From the NCBI RefSeq assembly GCF_000281045.1, contig NW_008246121.1:82696-131249 (forward strand): a DNA stretch of 48,554 nt, given 5' to 3'. Source of the DNA: Saprolegnia diclina VS20 (Eukaryota). Made by a program: the position numbers and the translations under genes. The notes beneath the pieces are model-generated. The model worked only from the letters and a program-made list of their open reading frames with translations. It was not told the origin of the DNA and ran no database searches. Below are positions 45,852-48,554 of the stretch, in pieces. The first letter of the stretch is position 1, and the number at the start of each line of letters is the position of its first letter.

Positions 45852-48134
45852 CCAGTAGTTCGATCTTGCATCTTGTCCGGATACGCATCCGGATCCCACG
45901 GTACCAGGCGCCGTTTTCGAACAAATGGGTTGTACTTGGTGTTTGTATGGGAGTGGGCACCAACGCGAGGTGTCGCAAGTGGACCGAAGGGACGTAATAA
46001 TTTGCGCATGTTTTATGTACACTCGCGGCTTGTATGTGGTCGCAAAAAAGAGATCTTTTTATTTGCAACTTGTTCGGCCCACGGAGATTGCCCACATGGA
46101 GTCTCCGTCGGCCTCTGAAACTCGATATCAACCAGTGGATGAAGAATCAAGTGTAAGAGACGCGCCCTCTTCCCGCGCCTCGTACCAGCAAGGTCGTTGG
46201 TGCCAAGAAGCCGCTTGTTGAGGGGTCGCTTTCCGCTTACCGCTTCGGCGATGGACGACGCTATGGATTGCGTGCAGACGCTCGGCGAGAGCGAGTGCGT
46301 AACAGGGTGCCCCTCCATTTGTTGAAGCAGCGTGTAGGTGCTGCGACACCCCCGCTCCGTGAAAGCGCTCGCGTTCACAGATTTATCGCGATGTGGAGGC
46401 AAGATGTGGAATCCGCGTAACAAGTGGGCCGTGTCGCAACAGCGATCGTCTCGTTGTAAGTATTCAAGGTGTGACCAACGCCAAGCGCACTGGACTGGAA
46501 GCCAATGCAAAACGCCATCTGGCAGCGATGACGCAACGCGCTCCTCAGCACGGGCCCTTCGCAAACTTCGCAAGCACCCACGTATAAGTATACGACTCGC
46601 CGTCAAAGTGTTTTCCACAGCTCAGGGGGACTTGGCAACGCGTGACATGGGCGCTCCGTGCATGCTACGCGTAAGCATCGGAGCATGACGTTTCATGCAA
46701 GAGGGCTCGCGACGTGGACCTGCACCAGAAGCGAATGTAGTGTACAGTGCCAGAGCGCCTGCTGGCGAACGAACGATGACGTGGCGGGCTGCGACGACAG
46801 GGTCTCGTGAAACTGGCACTTTCGCGCCTTTTGAGCATGGCAGCGGGGCTTGCCGACGCGCCAAGCGACGATGTACACACAGCAAGAACTATCGCAGGTC
46901 GACAGGCGTACATTGCTGAGTATACCGGTACAGTGTCAATGCGCGATCTGCCTTTTGCTTGTAGTATCGTTTGAGCAGTTTGAGCTATCGTTTGTCGCTT
47001 TCCTGATCGAGAACGCGAATACAGTGTAATGATATCTGGGCTGCGACCTCTTCTTTCACAAATGCGGACGGAGAAGACGCTCCAGATCTGGCCAGCAGCG
47101 CGCACGAAGCGAGCGTGTTGGAGCCCATGCTCTTGCAGCTTGCTTCTAGGATCGTGCTTTTGCTACGTACTAGTACAATATACCAGTCGTCTCCAGCTGG
47201 TTGGAACCCATCCCATGCCGCCACCTTCAACGCAGGACGCCGACGCTGGCCCACTGCATAGAAATGAGACAACGTGGACGCCAGCTTTTGCTTCAAGAAA
47301 TCCGAGGCACTTGGTCCGCGCACGCCAGGAGAGCGGATCCCACTCATCGGCGCTCGAGTGGGCAGACCAAAAGCGCCCAAGAACCCACTTGAGACACTGG
47401 CGGCACATCCAAGTTCGGCGCATAGGATGCGGCACGCTCGCAGCAGGGAGCAACGAGCACGAGGAGCGATGATGGCCCCTTTTTTACAGAGACGTCCACC
47501 TATGTATAGAAGAGGGATTGCACCATCCATGTAGGCAGTGCAACTAGGTACTGGGCAGTACAGCAAGGTCTGTCGGCAAACTACCATCGTTGGTCGGGCT
47601 GCAGGTAGTGCTGGATCCGGATTGCGCCATCGAGTACGGATACGGCGGGCGGACTGTCCGAATCAAGGGCCCCTCTTCTCTGGGGTGGGTACCCCACAAG
47701 CTCCACTTGAAAGGACTCTTGTAGCTCACATCAGTGTTGGATTGGCCACCCCCTCCGCATTACCGAGGGGATGGGACCCATTGCACACTGCTTCAATTCT
47801 GCGCATCCGGCAGGTTTTGTTATCCGGACGGTATCTTCGGCGGTCGCGGAACATGCAGCGACGACGCCCGCCAAAGCACGGCCCAGGCCGGTCGCTCCTT
47901 GGCACGCTGCAATGACGATGGAGGTCACCCTACGTGCAGGAAGCTTGGGCGTGGCTGCACTGGTCTTCAGGACGAGACGAGGACAGGTGGGGCACGGAGA
48001 CTTGGTCGTCCCACCCACCGCGGCTTGGCCAAGTAGCCAGCATATCCGGACCCAAGCGGGTGGGCACACGATCGGTAGCTCGCCGAAAGGATCCTGGGCG
48101 CTGGCGCACGTGACGATCGAGAATGGACCTGCGA

Positions 48135-48153
48135 TCTCACTTTTCAATTTGCT
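48135..48153 (+). promoter_or_regulatory. Oomycete INR/FPR core promoter of H+-ATPase copy 2
   Basis: TCTCACTTTTCAATTTGCT lies ~21 nt upstream of the ATG at 48175. Confidence 0.7.
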
Positions 48154-48174
48154 TGTTGTGGTTCGCTTTTAACC

Positions 48175-48554
48175 ATGGGCTACCAAGCATTGGCGACGCC
48201 CAACGACGCCAAGAACTACGTCAACGAGGCGGGTCAGATCGAGTGGGGCGCGATCCCGCTCAACGCTGCCCTCGACAAGCTCAAGGCGACCCGCGAGGGT
48301 CTCTCGACCGCCGAGGCCGAGAAGCGCCTCATCGAGCACGGCCCCAACGCCCTGCCCAAGAACGAGGTCAACCGCCTCAAGGTCTTCCTCGGCTTCATGT
48401 GGAACCCGCTCTCGTGGGCCATGGAGGTCGCTGCCATCTTGTCGATCGTCTTGCTCGACTACCCGGATTTTGGCCTTATTCTCGCGCTTCTGCTCTTGAA
48501 CGCGTGCATCGGCTACTTTGAGGAGATGCAGGCTGGCGACGCTGTCGCTGCGCT
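48175..48554 (+). CDS. PMA1: Second plasma-membrane H+-ATPase copy (5' part only, truncated by the window end)
   Basis: MGYQALATPNDAKNYVNEAGQIEWGAIPLNAALDKLKATREGLSTAEAEKRLIEHGPNALP...MWNPLSWAMEVAA... is nearly identical to the reverse complement of ~45435-45800. It is absent from the ORF track because there is no stop in the window. Confidence 0.92.
   Translation, partial: MGYQALATPNDAKNYVNEAGQIEWGAIPLNAALDKLKATREGLSTAEAEKRLIEHGPNALPKNEVNRLKVFLGFMWNPLSWAMEVAAILSIVLLDYPDFGLILALLLLNACIGYFEEMQAGDAVAA

Noticed and set aside
42593..45997. 1134-aa stop-free antisense ORF over the H+-ATPase
   Set aside because: It is codon-aligned with the sense gene, so it only requires the absence of TTA, CTA and TCA codons, as expected in a highly biased gene. 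The protein has no recognisable motifs and the start is not an ATG. It resembles the disputed antisense-to-HSP70 ORF reported in Achlya.
45818..46009. 64-aa N-terminal extension of PMA1 in the ORF track
   Set aside because: The INR/FPR motif at 45834-45851 and the paralog's start both point to ATG 45817.
45860..48130. ORFs of up to ~200 aa in the spacer between the ATPase copies
   Set aside because: They have no recognisable domains, lack the strong C/G third-position bias of real genes here, and show no consistent exon chain. A decayed gene or transposon cannot be excluded without BLASTx.
1..48554. CRISPR arrays, tRNA or rRNA genes, transposase or reverse-transcriptase ORFs
   Set aside because: None were recognised by eye. 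The repeats present are mostly protein-coding (FG, PTPA, LRR, ankyrin). tRNAscan-SE and Rfam searches would be needed to exclude small RNAs.

Overview
Eukaryotic, GC-rich, gene-dense genomic DNA with many short (~40-70 nt) GT-AG introns and oomycete-type INR/FPR and CCAAT promoter motifs. It is most consistent with an oomycete, probably Saprolegniales (inference). Fifteen complete protein-coding genes and one partial gene can be reconstructed across introns. In order: a CCDC6-like coiled-coil protein, RMC1/Mic1, FG-repeat SAC3/GANP, a ubiquitin-like domain fused to ribosomal protein eL41 (eS32), an RNI-type LRR protein, a membrane-anchored GH17 glucanase, a FAM183-like ciliary protein, two tandem ankyrin paralogs (only one with a SAM domain), an F-box/LRR protein, separate glutamate synthase beta and alpha genes arranged head-to-head, a four-domain voltage-gated channel, AK7, TBCE, and two inverted head-to-head P3A H+-ATPase copies (the second cut off by the window end). 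The most notable items are the Ubl-eL41 fusion, the split and divergently paired mitochondrial-type NADH-GOGAT with a 16-bp palindrome in its shared promoter, the S-D-E-E channel selectivity filter, and the near-identical inverted H+-ATPase pair. Exon boundaries and start codons were inferred by eye; no database searches were run.
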